A stretch of DNA of 64,000 bases from Squalus acanthias (lineage: Eukaryota): NCBI GenBank assembly GCA_030390025.1, contig CM059432.1:67210001-67274000 (forward strand). Reading direction: 5' to 3'. A program made the position numbers and the translations under genes. Every line of letters starts with the position of its first letter. The first letter of the stretch is position 1. The notes under the pieces are model-generated. The model saw nothing but the letters and a program-made list of their open reading frames with translations, was not told the DNA's origin and made no database searches. Shown in pieces: positions 62,433-64,000 of this stretch.

Positions 62433-62595
62433 CATTGCTGTCCAGAACGGGGTCGGCGTCTCCAGTGGCGACGGGACCAATCACCCGGCTTGCCACAATC
62501 CTGTGGACGCGCTCCTCAAGATCGCTGAGGGGTTGCAGCTGAGGCCGCCCTCCACCTGTCCGTTGCTGCTGTCTCCGATTATGCGCCAGCTTGGC
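62433..62595 (-). CDS. Harbinger Myb/SANT protein exon 2
   Basis: ttacag|AKLAHNRRQQQRTGGG...DSN-G|gtaagg; 163 nt. Confidence 0.85.
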
Positions 62596-62629
62596 CTGTA
62601 AGAAAAAGGACAGCATCTGAGTAAATATA

Positions 62630-62739
62630 CAGCCATGGTCTTGCCTGATGTGCCTCCCATAGGTGAATAGCCCTTACTGTATGCAGCCATGGTCTTGCCT
62701 GATGTGCCTCCCATAGGTGAATAGCCCTTACTGTATGCA
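62630..62739. repeat. Perfect 54-bp tandem duplication in Myb-gene intron 1
   Basis: CAGCCATGGTCTTGCCTGATGTGCCTCCCATAGGTGAATAGCCCTTACTGTATG x2. Confidence 0.95.
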
Positions 62740-62879
62740 AAGTGTGGAATGTGTGTGTGTGTTTCATGAAAGGGCCATAGGTGTTGGATGAGTGTTGTGC
62801 ATTGGGGTTTTAAGACCCTCTGGCCATAGAGTGAGGTTGAGATTGTTGGATGGAGAGGTATTGAGAAAAAGCCACTCAC

Positions 62880-63116
62880 CCTGACGACCCGAGTGAGGTC
62901 GTTGAACTTTTTGCGGCATTGAGTATGGGTCCTGGGCACCATGCTCCTGGAGGAGACGCTCTGAGCCACCTCCCTCCACACTCTTCTGAACTCGCGTGGC
63001 AAAGGCCTCCTGCCACTCTCAGGGAAGAGCATACATCTTCTGCGCTCCACCGCGCCAACCAGAGCATCCAAGGCCCGCTCGGTGAAGCGATGAGCACGTT
63101 CTCTCACCCTCTCCAT
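62880..63116 (-). CDS. Harbinger Myb/SANT protein exon 1
   Basis: MERVRERAHRFTERALDALV...WREVAQSV...QCRKKFNDLTRVVR|gtgagt; 237 nt, phase 0; spliced product 460 aa. Confidence 0.88.
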
Positions 63117-64000
63117 GCTTGGCAGCAAAATGGATTCACAGGTCTCTCCAGGCCGAGATTCAAGGCTGCAATGAGCAGGGTGTGGCTGGGGAGCAAGTTG
63201 GCCCCCCCCCGCTTTAAGAAGTGGCCGGCGCCAGTGTGTCTGTGTTCCCTCGCTAACTGGCAGCAGCTGCGCTGCGCTCGCGCGCTGAGTTAGCGCCTCA
63301 CTCCTTGGCCTTTGCGCCTTAAGACAGGTGTGCAGCGCCTGATTTAGCGCTCCACTCACCTCCCGGGGCGGTAAAAGTGAAGTTTCCAGTCAGTGCCGAT
63401 AATTAGCGCCAGGCGCTAATATTTGCGTCCAGACGATATTTGCGCCCCAAATGGGGCGCGACCTAATTTTTACCCCTAGGTCTATGTTGCATTCCCCATT
63501 GTTCACACAATTTTCTCTTTGTTCACTTAACTTGAGCATTTCAGAGTTTTTATTTGGTTGTTTCACATCCCATTTTCTGACAACCACTTTAGTACAGAAT
63601 TCTTTGTTTGCTTTTTATTGTTTCTTCTGCCCGACTTAACTGTACTGCTTTGTTAAGGGTCAAGAGAATTATTTGATTTTCCATAAATTATTTTTCCTTT
63701 ATTAGAGATTCTGTCAATTCACCAAAATCACAGGTCCTAATGAGTCTTTAAGAAGATTGCATGCTGATTAATTGATTCTCCTATTTTCTGTTCCATTATA
63801 TAAAAAAAAGTTACCATTTATAGGTCATATTTCATTTAAGATTGAAGTGCCTGTCAAAATTATTCATTATAACAGTTACGTTTTGGTGTGTACTCAGATA
63901 TTTATTCTCATGCTTAGAATCAAGGAAGAATCCTGCAAGCAAACTTACTCCTTATGAAACATTCACATTATCTGGTATGTAGCATTGCCCAAGGGTGGAA

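Larger units (their letters stand above)
59333..63476. mobile_element. Apparently intact autonomous PIF/Harbinger transposon (4144 bp)
   Basis: Perfect 12-bp TIR GGGGTAAAAATT; TSD TAG (59330-59332, 63477-63479); two convergent uninterrupted genes; CpG-rich. Confidence 0.95.

Noticed and set aside
62481..63359. 292-aa single-exon ORF
   Set aside because: Only 62880-63116 is Myb-like; the rest is upstream sequence and intron read-through, including the 54-bp duplication.

Overview
Vertebrate genomic DNA, most likely from a cartilaginous fish (inferred from the repeat families). One host gene is present: the 5' part of RB1CC1/FIP200 on the minus strand. It has a CpG-island promoter and probable non-coding first exon at ~35.0-35.8 kb, and four coding exons at 18985-19055, 16342-16468, 11551-11721 and 4198-4400; it continues beyond the left edge. 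The rest is mostly transposable elements, often nested: CR1 LINEs (one near full-length, with an esterase ORF1), decayed L2, Deu-domain SINEs, Penelope-type inverted repeats with a hammerhead core, Tigger-like MITEs, a 1.7-kb TG..CA solo-LTR-like insert, many Harbinger-type MITEs and two ~4.2-kb PIF/Harbinger transposons. One Harbinger (59333-63476) has an intact transposase and an intact spliced Myb/SANT gene. Most unusual signals: (1) a LINE family with a tRNA-derived A/B-box head joined directly to APE-RT, no ORF1, and almost no TTTT on its sense strand, a candidate Pol III-transcribed autonomous LINE; (2) a MITE family with hairpins showing compensatory changes and triple 5'-splice-site motifs; (3) a LINE/CR1 chimeric junction recurring at two loci. 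Everything was read by eye, and boundaries of decayed repeats are approximate.
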